64,000 nucleotides of DNA from a bacterium (GTDB lineage Bacteria > Zhuqueibacterota > Zhuqueibacteria > Residuimicrobiales > Krinioviventaceae): the NCBI GenBank assembly GCA_963674595.2, contig CAXXFV010000016.1, positions 768,001 through 832,000 on the forward strand, read 5' to 3'. This document shows positions 19,813-29,895 of the stretch, in pieces. Below the pieces are notes generated by a model. The model had not been told where the DNA came from. It searched no databases and saw nothing but the letters and a program-made list of their open reading frames with translations. The number at the start of each line of letters is the position of its first letter. The stretch's first letter is position 1. The translations under genes were made by a program, and so were the position numbers.

Positions 19813-20715
19813 ATGATACAAACTAAATCATCATCCAGAAGAAGTTTTTTAAAATGGTGTTTGTTATCAGGATCAAGCACAATATTGGGAAAATATGTGA
19901 ATGCCGCTGAATCCCGTACTGATGTATGGGTAATTCATGGAAACGATAAAATCCTGTTGATGGATAAATGCCTTGAAATTATTGGAGAAAATGGAGGTTT
20001 GGCATCAGGTACAATGGCCCTAAAAGTCAATGCCGCATGGTCGAGAACGCCTGAGCAGGGCGCTAATACCCATCCGGTTTTGGTTGATCGGTTTCTTCAG
20101 GGCGTTAAAAATCTGGGTATAACTGAAAGTGTATTGCCGGAACATGCTTGTCAGAGGGGAGAACAAACTTTTGAACGCAGTGGTATATTGCAGGTTGCTA
20201 AAAAAAACAAAACGGACATGATCGATATGCAGCGTGAGCAAGATCATTTTGTTGAGGTGTCGATACCCTCTGCTGTAACTTTAAAACAAGCTCAGGTACC
20301 GAAAGAATTAATAGAGGCTGATGTTATTGTCAACATGCCGGTTGCTAAGGACCATCGGGCGTCAATATTAACTATTGCCATGAAAAACTGGATGGGCTCG
20401 GTTAATGATAGAGGTGTTTTTCATCGTGAAAATTTACATCAGTGTATAGCAGATATCAGCTCTTTTTTCAAACCTTCATGGACCATAGTTGATGCCACGA
20501 GAATAATGATGGATAAAGGACCACAGGGACCAACATCCAATATGCGTTATCCGAATTTACTTGTTGTTTCCAGAGACCAGGTGGCAGCCGATGTTTTTAC
20601 TTCTACGCTTTTTTATGATGATCCGATGCAAATCGGTTACTTGAATTTGGCCCGTAAAATGAATTTGGGAGAAACAGATTTGAATAAAATGAGCCTGCAT
20701 CGTATAGAGGCATAA
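19813..20715 (+). CDS. DUF362-domain protein with Tat signal
   Basis: SSRRSFLK Tat motif; KVNAAW...ANTHP, NMPVAKDH, MKNWMG, GPQG. Confidence 0.85.
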   Translation: MIQTKSSSRRSFLKWCLLSGSSTILGKYVNAAESRTDVWVIHGNDKILLMDKCLEIIGENGGLASGTMALKVNAAWSRTPEQGANTHPVLVDRFLQGVKNLGITESVLPEHACQRGEQTFERSGILQVAKKNKTDMIDMQREQDHFVEVSIPSAVTLKQAQVPKELIEADVIVNMPVAKDHRASILTIAMKNWMGSVNDRGVFHRENLHQCIADISSFFKPSWTIVDATRIMMDKGPQGPTSNMRYPNLLVVSRDQVAADVFTSTLFYDDPMQIGYLNLARKMNLGETDLNKMSLHRIEA

Positions 20716-20716
20716 G

Positions 20717-21913
20717 ATGAAAATATTTCGGCGTTCAAGGTTTCCGGTAATCAGGCTTTTTATAATAGTTGTATTTATTTTTTTAACGATCCCTGTTCTT
20801 TTCCCTGTCTGGACTGTAAGAATTTGCCCTTCATCGAGTCCGTTTGTAACATTGTTGGATGTGCTTGCTCCCAGAGAGTGGTTTGTTCCTCAGTTTTGGT
20901 TTTTGCCTATGCTGGCGATTCTGGTTCTCGGACTTTTTAAGGGACGGTTCTTTTGTCGTACTATATGTCCGCTGGGAACGATTTATAAAATATTTTCCAG
21001 ATGGAGTTTTAAAAAAGTAATATTAAAAAAGCGACTCAACAGGACTATTTTCTGGTTCACATTTTGGGCGGCTGTTTGTGGAACCCCAATGGTTCTTTTT
21101 CTTGATCCTTTATCAACTTTTACCCGGTTAATGACGGGAATTACCAGTTATCATTTTTGGATTATTTTAATACCCTTGTCTGTATTTGTTTTATTTTTTT
21201 TTATTCATTTCATTCAACCAATGATGTGGTGCACACACATTTGTCCATTGGGATATTCGTTTGAATCTTCCATACGAATTCGCCAAAATGTATTATTTCA
21301 AAATGAGCGCAGGGAAATAATAAAAGGCTTTGTTCTTGCACTGCCTTCAGCCTTTCTCTTTAATAAAACAGCTTTACCTGATGAGAAAACGCAACATTTA
21401 CCTGTTTTACCACCTGGTGCGGTCGATCAGGCTTCTTTTTCCAATGTGTGTAGTCGCTGTTATGCCTGTGTTAATGTTTGTCCGACTGAGGTTATTCAAA
21501 TTGGATTTTTTAAACATAGAACCCTGGGCCAGTTTTTTCAACCGGAACTGGCAACCCGCACCAGTTATTGTGATGAATTTTGCAACAAATGTTCCATTGT
21601 ATGCCCAACGGGAGCAATTCGGTTTTTAAGTTTGGAAGATAAAAAGAAACAGCAAATTGGTGTTGCCGTATTGGATAAAGAAAGCTGTTTGGCCTGGGCG
21701 GATGATAAATTTTGCATGGTCTGTGATGAATACTGCTCCTATCATGCTATTGAATTTGAATATCGGGAGGGACGTATCCCATTACCTTCCGTTAATAAAG
21801 ATATTTGCAGAGGTTGTGGTAGTTGTGAATATGCATGTCCGGCAATACGTAATGGAAAAGCTATACATGTTAATGGTGTCTATAAGCAGAGAGTATTAAA
21901 TAATATAGTTTAA
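20717..21913 (+). CDS. Membrane polyferredoxin (NapH/MauN-like + NapG/MauM-like fusion)
   Basis: GRFFCRTICPLG and WCTHICPLG; LPPGA; CSRCYACVNVCP, CDEFCNKCSIVCP, CMVCDEYC, CRGCGSCEYACP. Confidence 0.85.
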   Translation: MKIFRRSRFPVIRLFIIVVFIFLTIPVLFPVWTVRICPSSSPFVTLLDVLAPREWFVPQFWFLPMLAILVLGLFKGRFFCRTICPLGTIYKIFSRWSFKKVILKKRLNRTIFWFTFWAAVCGTPMVLFLDPLSTFTRLMTGITSYHFWIILIPLSVFVLFFFIHFIQPMMWCTHICPLGYSFESSIRIRQNVLFQNERREIIKGFVLALPSAFLFNKTALPDEKTQHLPVLPPGAVDQASFSNVCSRCYACVNVCPTEVIQIGFFKHRTLGQFFQPELATRTSYCDEFCNKCSIVCPTGAIRFLSLEDKKKQQIGVAVLDKESCLAWADDKFCMVCDEYCSYHAIEFEYREGRIPLPSVNKDICRGCGSCEYACPAIRNGKAIHVNGVYKQRVLNNIV

Positions 21914-21921
21914 GGACGACA

Positions 21922-23151
21922 ATGAGATATAATTATTCCAAAAGTTTGTTGGTAATCTATTTTTTATATGTTGTTACAATGTTTACAGGTATAAGTTGTA
22001 GTAAAGAACTTGTTTCCGGGAATGACAAAGATGATTTTAATGGCGAGGGAACAGCTATTGCTTTAACAGGTGGAAAAATAATTGATGGGACCGGTAATAG
22101 TCGGGTTGAAAACGGTCTTCTACTTGTTAACGATGGTAAAATTGCATTTGTCGGTTCCGGTGATCAAAAACAAATACCGGAAAGTTTCAGAGTTATTAAT
22201 GTAAACGGATGTACTGTTCTTCCCGGTTTTATAAATGCTCATATTCATCATGGTTATAGTGAATCAGATTTGAAAAAATGGGCCTGGAATGGTGTCACAA
22301 CGGTACGGGATTTAGCGGCAAATGGTCCAAATACGGATCTAAAGGAATTAATTAAATTCAGAGACAGGGTTAATTCAAATCCAAATTGTGCGCGGTTGGT
22401 AAGTGCCGGTTTTATTTTGGCAAAGAAAAACGGTTATTGTTCTTCGTATTATAACTCTTTCAATTCCCCTAAAGAGGCCCGTCAATTGGTCATTAATGAA
22501 ATAAATGCAGGAGTGGAAATTATTAAATTTGCATTAGAGGACGGATATGCAGGTGTTACAAATCTTCCGAATGCGACTGATGAAGAAATGTCGGCAATTG
22601 TCAATACAGCCCATGAATATAACACCCCTGTTTCCGTGCATATAACAGATTCCAAGTATTTGCAAAAGGTAATCGATCTTGGAGTAGATGATGTTGCCCA
22701 TATCACGTGGAATGTTGTTGACCCGGAGATTTATAAAGAAATGGTTGCCAAAAATATTTATATGGTACCGACAGTGACTGTTTTTAATTTTTATGGTTCA
22801 CCAATAAACAATTGTATTACAAATATTCGTAATTTTGTCAACGTTGGCGGCAAAATAGCTCTCGGCAATGATTATGATAACGGTTACCCGGCTGGTTATT
22901 TTGAGTTGGGTATCCCCATGTATGAGGTACAATGTATGAAAGATGCTGATATGACGCCTATGCAGATAATTGAAGCATGTACTAAAAATGCTGCTCATGT
23001 ATCAAATATTATAAATGAGACAGGTACACTGGAACCAGGTAAAGATGCTGATGTTTTAATAATTAATGGCGATCCTTTAAAAAATCTGCAAACATTAAAA
23101 GATATAAAAATGGTCATTCACCGAGGTGTCATCATTCGGGATGAGCTTTAG
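21922..23151 (+). CDS. Amidohydrolase-family lipoprotein
   Basis: Lipobox-like GISC; LPGFINAHIH, GVTTVRD, GTLEPGKDAD. Confidence 0.85.
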   Translation: MRYNYSKSLLVIYFLYVVTMFTGISCSKELVSGNDKDDFNGEGTAIALTGGKIIDGTGNSRVENGLLLVNDGKIAFVGSGDQKQIPESFRVINVNGCTVLPGFINAHIHHGYSESDLKKWAWNGVTTVRDLAANGPNTDLKELIKFRDRVNSNPNCARLVSAGFILAKKNGYCSSYYNSFNSPKEARQLVINEINAGVEIIKFALEDGYAGVTNLPNATDEEMSAIVNTAHEYNTPVSVHITDSKYLQKVIDLGVDDVAHITWNVVDPEIYKEMVAKNIYMVPTVTVFNFYGSPINNCITNIRNFVNVGGKIALGNDYDNGYPAGYFELGIPMYEVQCMKDADMTPMQIIEACTKNAAHVSNIINETGTLEPGKDADVLIINGDPLKNLQTLKDIKMVIHRGVIIRDEL

Positions 23152-23246
23152 TATTTAAGGTTTTAAACAAATACTAAATAATTTGGAGCTTTTAAATGCA
23201 CTGGCCGGGTAAATCCCCCTTTTTTTTATCTATTAATAACCGGAAA

Positions 23247-23960
23247 TTACTCTTTTACAGCACTGATAATTGCCAGATTTAAAAATTTCCAGGGGACTTC
23301 AATAGTTTGATAACCTGCTTGTTTAAGCCAGGAGACTTTTTCGTCAATAGTACAGACGTGATGGTCTTTACGTAAAATATGAGAGTTTGATAATATTTCA
23401 ATCTGTTCTTTCGTAATATGACCGTCAATTAATGCCCGTTGTATAAATTGAATTTCAAGATCGTGAAAGACCCTGTTTACCTGGTTGTCTTCTGAGCGGA
23501 AGAATTCACAGGTTATCCAACGGCCCTGGGGTGTTAATAATGAGTTGACATGTTTGATAATGTTTTGGTGTTGTTCGAACGGCAAAAAGTCAAGCGTAAA
23601 CGAAGATAAAAGAACATCGATTTCGTTAATATCCGTGTCCCAGTTGTCTGTGGAAATATCCGTTTCAACAGGAACAATACGTTCTTTAAACTCATTTAAT
23701 CGTTCACGTCCTCGTTGTAATATCATTTTATTTTTTTCAACAGCCAAAACAACACTGCTGGGGTAAAGTGTAAGCGCTCTTTGTGCCAGGTGTCCAAAAC
23801 CAAAACCCAGATCAGCAATTTTAATTTCATTTTCAGCCGGAAAATCAATCATTGATACCATAATATCATGGGCTTCGTGAAATTTTGGAATGATAAAGTG
23901 GTAAAATTTTTCCAATATGTCCAGTTCTTGAAATGAATCGTTGTTGTTTAAATTAGTCAC
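23247..23960 (-). CDS. Class I SAM-dependent methyltransferase
   Basis: IADLGFGFG motif I and LLTPQGRW; overlaps the upstream gene by 8 nt. Confidence 0.8.
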   Translation of the reverse strand: MTNLNNNDSFQELDILEKFYHFIIPKFHEAHDIMVSMIDFPAENEIKIADLGFGFGHLAQRALTLYPSSVVLAVEKNKMILQRGRERLNEFKERIVPVETDISTDNWDTDINEIDVLLSSFTLDFLPFEQHQNIIKHVNSLLTPQGRWITCEFFRSEDNQVNRVFHDLEIQFIQRALIDGHITKEQIEILSNSHILRKDHHVCTIDEKVSWLKQAGYQTIEVPWKFLNLAIISAVKE

Positions 23961-26262
23961 TTAGATTAAACTCCATTGTTTTTGTTACTTTTTGTTCGGA
24001 TTCAGGAAATTCGGCTATAACCTCTAACTGATAATGTCCGTTATTATATTTACTCAAGTCCAATGCTATATATTCTGCTGAAAATTCCTGATTGGAATAT
24101 CGTTCAACTTTAATTGTTGTTTTTGGTTTGCCTCCACCAAAAATACCGGCGATTTTTGAAAAAATGTTTGATTTTTCTTTTTTCAAAAGTTTTAGATTAT
24201 ATTCCAGATAATAGAGAACGTTTTGGTTATTTTTCACCGGTATATTATATAATTCAAAGTATACAAAGAACGAATTATTTTTTTTAAATGCAAGTGTTGG
24301 ATTCGGAATGACCTGTAATCCGTGTTTTGAAAATTTATTTTTTTTATCAAAAGGTTTTATATCTCTAGCCAGTTCAATATCGCTTATCATAACAGTCGGT
24401 TTGTTAAAGGAAACCGGAGCAAGCAGGAATTTATAGCCGCCAATGCGTTTTTGTTTGGGTATATTTGCAAAAAAACTGAGATAGTGGTTGACCGGATCAA
24501 GCTCGATGTTATACTGATCTATCCATATTCCCAATGAATCATTTTGGTGTTTTATCGTTTGAGATAAAATATTTTTTGAAGAGTTGAACACAATGTTCCA
24601 CAGTGTGTCGTGGATGCTTATTCCCAGCTCAATATTAATATCGGGTTCGTATTTTATATCATCAGACCATAGATTTTTTGTCTCAAGCCCATAATAAATT
24701 TCATATCTGTTTTTTGTGCTGTCGCCTTTAAATGAACTCATATAAAACGGTATAAAAAGCGGTGTTGTTCCTTTTTCCCATTTATGCCGGTCACTGTTTA
24801 AACCGACAAAGGTCTCTTTTTGTATTTTTTGTTCCAGTTCAAAATTAATTTGTGTAATGTCCAGATCTGTACGTGCTGAGTACATGCGTTGGAAAACAGG
24901 GTCCCAGTTTAGCATATTTGCGGCTTGCTTTGGATCAATGGTTCCTGTTAGACGCCAATTGTTACCGGCAGCATTTTTGTCGATGGTAAAGTGAAAGATC
25001 ATCTTGTCAAGATTATTTGACGAATAATAGAGCCAGGATTCATTTGGTTGTATAGCCTTGTCGCCCACTCTTTGTTGCAATGCCTGGTCCATGGTAAATG
25101 CCTTGTTGTCCGGTTCCCCATGACGAATATAGACAAGACCTTTGTCATTGTATTTGTCGTCAAGAGAAAAAACCTTGGGGAATTTAAGTACGGCTTTTTT
25201 ATCCGGATTGTTGAACCAAACTTTAAGGCCGTCATATCGGTAATTTTCATCTGCGTACATGATCCGATTCACATGCTCAATTAAACGATAGTTTATTTTT
25301 GCGGCAGGCGCCGGATTTTTCCGTGCCCACAGATTTTTTATGAAAACTTTACGTTGGTCTATTGTTTTGAGCTGTTCAAATTGTGCTAATTCGTGATCTG
25401 TAATTATATATTTAACATCCTGAAATAACATACTTATATCGAGTATTGAATTTACAGAGTCGATTGCCTGGTAATAAAAATCCTGGGCTTTTTCATTATC
25501 TTTTTTGACGAAATTTGTTTTAACCAGGGAAAGATATATGGGGATATTTGAAAAAACAGATTCCGGGGTATTTAAAAGAAGATGAAATATGGAATCTGAT
25601 TTTACAAACTGTTCATTGCGTCTGTACAATTCTCCGATATAATAGGTGTTGATAAATGTTTGTGGTTGTTTTTTCAACCACTCATAAGAATCATCAAAAT
25701 TTGTGTTTGCTAAAAGAAAATCATAATATAAATAAAGATCTGTAATTACATACAAATCGGATGGTTTTAATTTGACCTGTATGTTTAATAAAGAGACGGC
25801 TTTTTTAAAGTTTCGGGCGTACCTTTCAAGAATACCGTACTGATAAAATACATCCTTAAAGAGAGAGTCCTGTTCGATAATATAATTGAAATGTTTTTTT
25901 GCTTTGTCCCATTCTAGTTTTCTGAAAATAAGGGCTTTAAATTTTCCTGATTCGCGATGGCTAATGCCAAGAATATATCGGGCAGTCAGGTCCTGCGGAT
26001 GAATTTTTAGAACTTTATTCATCCAGTCTTTTGCGTCACCCCAGTTTGATTGATTGGCTTTAATTTGTCCGAGTGTTTTAAGAATTCCAATATCGCCGGG
26101 ATTTTCCTGATGTGCCTTTTCAAACATTTGTAGTGCTGATTCGATCTGGCCGTTACGGTAAAGCGTTATGGCTTTATCAAGTGTTGACTGTTCCGGCTGC
26201 TGTGCAGTGATCAAATTCGCAGTTAAAAAAACAGAGCACAAAACAGTAATTATAAGTCTCAT
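23953..26262 (-). CDS. Exported TPR protein with a GWxTD-like domain
   Basis: Signal peptide, N-terminal TPRs, LWARKNPAP...EHVNRIMYA...DKGLVYIRHGEPD...ESWLY. Confidence 0.7.
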   Translation of the reverse strand: MRLIITVLCSVFLTANLITAQQPEQSTLDKAITLYRNGQIESALQMFEKAHQENPGDIGILKTLGQIKANQSNWGDAKDWMNKVLKIHPQDLTARYILGISHRESGKFKALIFRKLEWDKAKKHFNYIIEQDSLFKDVFYQYGILERYARNFKKAVSLLNIQVKLKPSDLYVITDLYLYYDFLLANTNFDDSYEWLKKQPQTFINTYYIGELYRRNEQFVKSDSIFHLLLNTPESVFSNIPIYLSLVKTNFVKKDNEKAQDFYYQAIDSVNSILDISMLFQDVKYIITDHELAQFEQLKTIDQRKVFIKNLWARKNPAPAAKINYRLIEHVNRIMYADENYRYDGLKVWFNNPDKKAVLKFPKVFSLDDKYNDKGLVYIRHGEPDNKAFTMDQALQQRVGDKAIQPNESWLYYSSNNLDKMIFHFTIDKNAAGNNWRLTGTIDPKQAANMLNWDPVFQRMYSARTDLDITQINFELEQKIQKETFVGLNSDRHKWEKGTTPLFIPFYMSSFKGDSTKNRYEIYYGLETKNLWSDDIKYEPDINIELGISIHDTLWNIVFNSSKNILSQTIKHQNDSLGIWIDQYNIELDPVNHYLSFFANIPKQKRIGGYKFLLAPVSFNKPTVMISDIELARDIKPFDKKNKFSKHGLQVIPNPTLAFKKNNSFFVYFELYNIPVKNNQNVLYYLEYNLKLLKKEKSNIFSKIAGIFGGGKPKTTIKVERYSNQEFSAEYIALDLSKYNNGHYQLEVIAEFPESEQKVTKTMEFNLSD

Positions 26263-26283
26263 TGGAATCCTTTCTGTTTTTTT

Positions 26284-26312
26284 AGTATAGTTATATTTTC
26301 AGCAAGAGTCAA
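26284..26312 (-). promoter_or_regulatory. Sigma70 promoter for the GWxTD-like/methyltransferase pair
   Basis: Minus strand TTGACT-N17-TATACT. Confidence 0.6.
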
Positions 26313-26412
26313 TAGTTGTTCAAAGATTTTTGATAAAGGGAATTTTAATGCCTGTTTGTTCTGTTAAGAAATAAATTTATCTTTTATTACCCGGAATGAG
26401 GAGGTAAGCAGA

Positions 26413-27024
26413 ATGGAATTAGTAAAAGCGATAGAAAATAGATCCACAGTACGAAATTTTACAAACGATGCCGTTGATCCTAATGATTTAAAAGAGATGG
26501 TGCAATTAGCCGGCCTGGCGCCCAGTGTTAATAATTCACAACCGTGGAAATTTATAGCTATTACAAATACAGAATTAATTGCAAAAATGGCTGAAACTGT
26601 TCATCAAAAAGTCGATCAGATGTTTCATACTGTTTCAGAAAAAGACGAACAGGTGAAAAATACCATAGATTATTTTTCAACAGTTTTTGAAAAAGCGCCC
26701 TCGGTTATTGTTGTTGTTTCAAAGTCCTATGAGGCTATAGCAGACAAGCTGTTTGACCATGACCAGATTAATAAACTACGGAATTATCCAAATATAGAAA
26801 GTATCGGGGCGAGTGTTCAGAATATTTTATTAGCTGCAGTGGAAAAGGGTTTGGGCGCTTGTTGGCTAAGTGGATTGATGATTGCGCAACACGAGCTGGA
26901 ACAGGTATTAGACATTCAGCCCCCCTGGCAATTGGCCACAGCCATTGCAGTTGGTAAACCCGCTTCAGAAACCGGGAAAAAAACCAAAAAATCTTTGGAT
27001 GAAATTTTTGAATTACGTGAATAA
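26413..27024 (+). CDS. Nitroreductase family protein
   Basis: RSTVRNF, APSVNNSQPWKF, QNILLAA...GLGACW; GAGGAGG RBS. Confidence 0.9.
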   Translation: MELVKAIENRSTVRNFTNDAVDPNDLKEMVQLAGLAPSVNNSQPWKFIAITNTELIAKMAETVHQKVDQMFHTVSEKDEQVKNTIDYFSTVFEKAPSVIVVVSKSYEAIADKLFDHDQINKLRNYPNIESIGASVQNILLAAVEKGLGACWLSGLMIAQHELEQVLDIQPPWQLATAIAVGKPASETGKKTKKSLDEIFELRE

Positions 27025-27029
27025 TAAAT

Positions 27030-27527
27030 TCATTCTTTTAAAGAATCCGTTTTTGTTGTGTCTGTCTTTACCAGCTTTAATGCAAGAGAATTTATACAAT
27101 ATCTCAAATTTGTAGGAGCCGGACCGTCGTTGAAAACATGTCCCAAGTGTGAGCCGCATACACTGCATAAAACCTCGGTCCGCTCCATTGACAGACTTTT
27201 ATCTTTTTGTTCGTTGACGGTTTTATTGGAAATTGGCTCCCAAAAACTCGGCCATCCGCTTCCTGAATCATATTTTGTGTCGGAACTGAACAATGGATTC
27301 CCGCATGCTGCACAGGTGTAAACTCCTTTATCCGTTGTTTTATAATATTTTCCGGTAAAGGCTTGTTCCGTACCCTTTTCACGCAATACACGAAATTGTT
27401 CCGGTGACAGGCAGGTTTGCCACTCTTTATCGCTTTTTATTATTTTTTCCGTTTTAATTGTTGCCTCCTGTGCAAATAAACTATTAAATAATAAAACAGA
27501 CAAGAAAAAAGCTGCTATTTTCATCAT
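27030..27527 (-). CDS. msrB: Peptide-methionine (R)-S-oxide reductase, exported
   Basis: [31 protein letters not shown]; signal peptide; two CxxC. Confidence 0.95.
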   Translation of the reverse strand: MMKIAAFFLSVLLFNSLFAQEATIKTEKIIKSDKEWQTCLSPEQFRVLREKGTEQAFTGKYYKTTDKGVYTCAACGNPLFSSDTKYDSGSGWPSFWEPISNKTVNEQKDKSLSMERTEVLCSVCGSHLGHVFNDGPAPTNLRYCINSLALKLVKTDTTKTDSLKE

Positions 27528-27588
27528 GATAAATTCCTTTTTTACCTATTTAAACATGAATTCAGCCTGACTTATTTCCCGGCCGGTA

Positions 27589-27912
27589 TCAACCATTTAT
27601 ATTTTTTTCGATTTCTGATTTTAAGGCATGATATGGCAGGGCGCCGGCAACCCGCATCAACGTTTTCCCTTTATGAAACATCATAATTGTGGGAATACTG
27701 CTGATTTGATATTGAGCAGCTACGTGCTGTTTGTGATCAACATTAACTTTTATCGTTAACAGTTTTCCTTTATACTCCTGTGCAAGTTGTTGAATGACAG
27801 GTGATACCATTCGACAGGGACCACACCATTCTGCCCAAAAATCGACAAGAACAGGAATATCTGAATTTTGGATCAATTCATTAAAGGATTTTGGTAGTTC
27901 ATGCTGTGTCAT
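27589..27912 (-). CDS. trxA: Thioredoxin
   Basis: DFWAEWCGPC. Start reset to MTQHE after GAGG. Confidence 0.92.
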   Translation of the reverse strand: MTQHELPKSFNELIQNSDIPVLVDFWAEWCGPCRMVSPVIQQLAQEYKGKLLTIKVNVDHKQHVAAQYQISSIPTIMMFHKGKTLMRVAGALPYHALKSEIEKNING

Positions 27913-28155
27913 TTTTACCTCTTTATAAAGAAAATAATGTTTTACTATTTTCAATATTAGATGCATGAATTATCAAAATGATTAAGAGATTAAATATAAT
28001 TTTAAAACTTTTGTCGATGTGTTACTAAAAAATAATAGTAGTAAAGAGTGAAGCAGGTTTTTGGGGATGGTAAATTATTGTCGATATAGGACTGGTAAAA
28101 AATTAATTAGCTGAAATGTCATATTAAAGAATATGCTGTAATCAGCACTTTTCTG

Positions 28156-28854
28156 TTAAAAAGTTATGCTGATTTTTAATAATGCCGGATTTTGTACATT
28201 TTCAACGTTTTTGTATTTATCCTTGTACAATTCTCCAAAACCGTTACCGATGAGTGTGCCTAATAAGGCTCCGGTCAAAACGTCGGACAACCAATGCTTG
28301 TTGTCATAAATTCGCTGATAGCCGGTTAATGAAGCAATAATATAGGCAGGAATTCCGACCGAGTTGCCGTAGATTTGTTGTAACGTTGCGGCTACCACAA
28401 ATGACGTCGACGTATGCCCTGATGGGAAGGAATGATAATCTTGTTTCCCGGGTCTTTGACGGCGACAGATATGTTTTAATACAAAAGTGACTGCAAGGTT
28501 TGCTGCATAAGCTTCTCCCATAATTTTAGCACGGTTCCAGGTTTTACTGCCGTGATAATTATTTGCCCAACTGTCTGTTAGTATGTAACCTTCTGCAATG
28601 AAAAAATTACTGCCAAAACCATAAATGTCAAAAATTTTGCTGGTTGTATTATTAAGATATTTGTTGGTAAATTTTTCTTTTACAGGATGATCCAGTTTTG
28701 ACGCCAGGGCAATGCCACCGGCAAAACCAAGCCATGCTGGTTTGTCGAAAAAAGCGTTGTTAAATCCGTCTTTAAAATCGTTGGAATAATCTTTGAATGA
28801 ATCTTGTGAGTATAAACTTCCTGTGAAAAGTAATAGAATTAATAATTTTTTCAT
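28156..28854 (-). CDS. PAP2-family phosphatase
   Basis: KHICRRQRP, SFPSGH, QRIYDNKHWLSDV. Confidence 0.88.
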   Translation of the reverse strand: MKKLLILLLFTGSLYSQDSFKDYSNDFKDGFNNAFFDKPAWLGFAGGIALASKLDHPVKEKFTNKYLNNTTSKIFDIYGFGSNFFIAEGYILTDSWANNYHGSKTWNRAKIMGEAYAANLAVTFVLKHICRRQRPGKQDYHSFPSGHTSTSFVVAATLQQIYGNSVGIPAYIIASLTGYQRIYDNKHWLSDVLTGALLGTLIGNGFGELYKDKYKNVENVQNPALLKISITF

Positions 28855-28899
28855 TCTTACCCGTCTGTTTGAATTTTCCTGTACTGCAAATTTTGTTCG

Positions 28900-29895
28900 T
28901 TAATTAATTTTATAAAAAGGTTCAATGATCTTGATGGAGGAAAAATGTTCTTTTATCAAGTTGGTGTCTTTTTTCAAGAATAAAAGTTTTACGTTTGGTC
29001 CGGCGTCAATAGTTATATATAGATGGTGCTGTTGTTTTCGAAGTTCCCAGACGTTTTCAATGATTGTCAATGTCTCCGGTTTCCAAAAAAATACCGGTGG
29101 CCAGGCCGACAGCATTGTTGCATGCATGGAAAAGGCGTTCGTTTCAGCCGTTTGTCCAAAAAGCTCAAAATCTTTTGTTGCAATAGCTTTTTTTAAGGTG
29201 GCTAAATCAGTACTGGATTTTTCCGGCCAGCTTTTATAAAGTAATGATGTTGAAACAGTATGCTGCATCGCTTGCCCGGAGCTTTGTCCTTTTGCCTCAC
29301 TGCTTACGGTTACGATACCGATACATAATTCATTCCATTGCTCAGATATTTGTTCTGCATAACAGTCCATTCCATTTGGATCTTTCCCGGCATGCCATTC
29401 CACAAAACCTTCATATATTGACCGGCTGGCGCTGCCGCTGCCGAGTCTGGCGAGCTGGGAGAGTGTTTTTTTATCCAAATTCCAGTTAAAAAATTTATCA
29501 AGAGCAAGAGTTAATGCGGCAAAGCCGGAAGCGGATGACGCCAAACCTGCGGCTGTCGGTATATTATTTTCTGTTATTACTTTGAAATAAAAATCAGACT
29601 TCGGGCGAAATAATGACAGGAAATTTTTCATCCTGTTATAAAAAGCTGATTCTTTTTCAACAGGATGGTTGTTATGTATAAAAGTGTCACAATCATCTGC
29701 CCGGTCAATTTCGGTTTTGCTTCCCAGGTTTCCCAATGAAACGGACAAGCTGGAATTAACCGGCAGATTCAGTTCAACATCTCTTTTTCCCCAATATTTA
29801 CATAGAGCAATGTTTGATGGAGCAAATGCTTTTGCATTATGAAATTGACCGCTTTTTTCTTTTAATAAAAAATTGACATACTCTTGTCTAGTCAA
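28900..29895 (-). CDS. mvaD: Diphosphomevalonate decarboxylase
   Basis: NIALCKYWGK, PTAAGLASSASG, RLGSGSASRS, TIDAGPNVK. Confidence 0.95.
   Translation of the reverse strand: MTRQEYVNFLLKEKSGQFHNAKAFAPSNIALCKYWGKRDVELNLPVNSSLSVSLGNLGSKTEIDRADDCDTFIHNNHPVEKESAFYNRMKNFLSLFRPKSDFYFKVITENNIPTAAGLASSASGFAALTLALDKFFNWNLDKKTLSQLARLGSGSASRSIYEGFVEWHAGKDPNGMDCYAEQISEQWNELCIGIVTVSSEAKGQSSGQAMQHTVSTSLLYKSWPEKSSTDLATLKKAIATKDFELFGQTAETNAFSMHATMLSAWPPVFFWKPETLTIIENVWELRKQQHHLYITIDAGPNVKLLFLKKDTNLIKEHFSSIKIIEPFYKIN

Noticed and set aside
5491-23217. Intergenic 10-mer GGGATTTACC at 5491-5500 and its reverse complement at 23208-23217
   Set aside because: Two copies of a 10-mer are expected by chance, and the flanks do not extend the match.
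27030-27527. Possible selenocysteine recoding in MsrB or other redox genes
   Set aside because: The catalytic positions are ordinary Cys codons and no in-frame TGA interrupts these ORFs.
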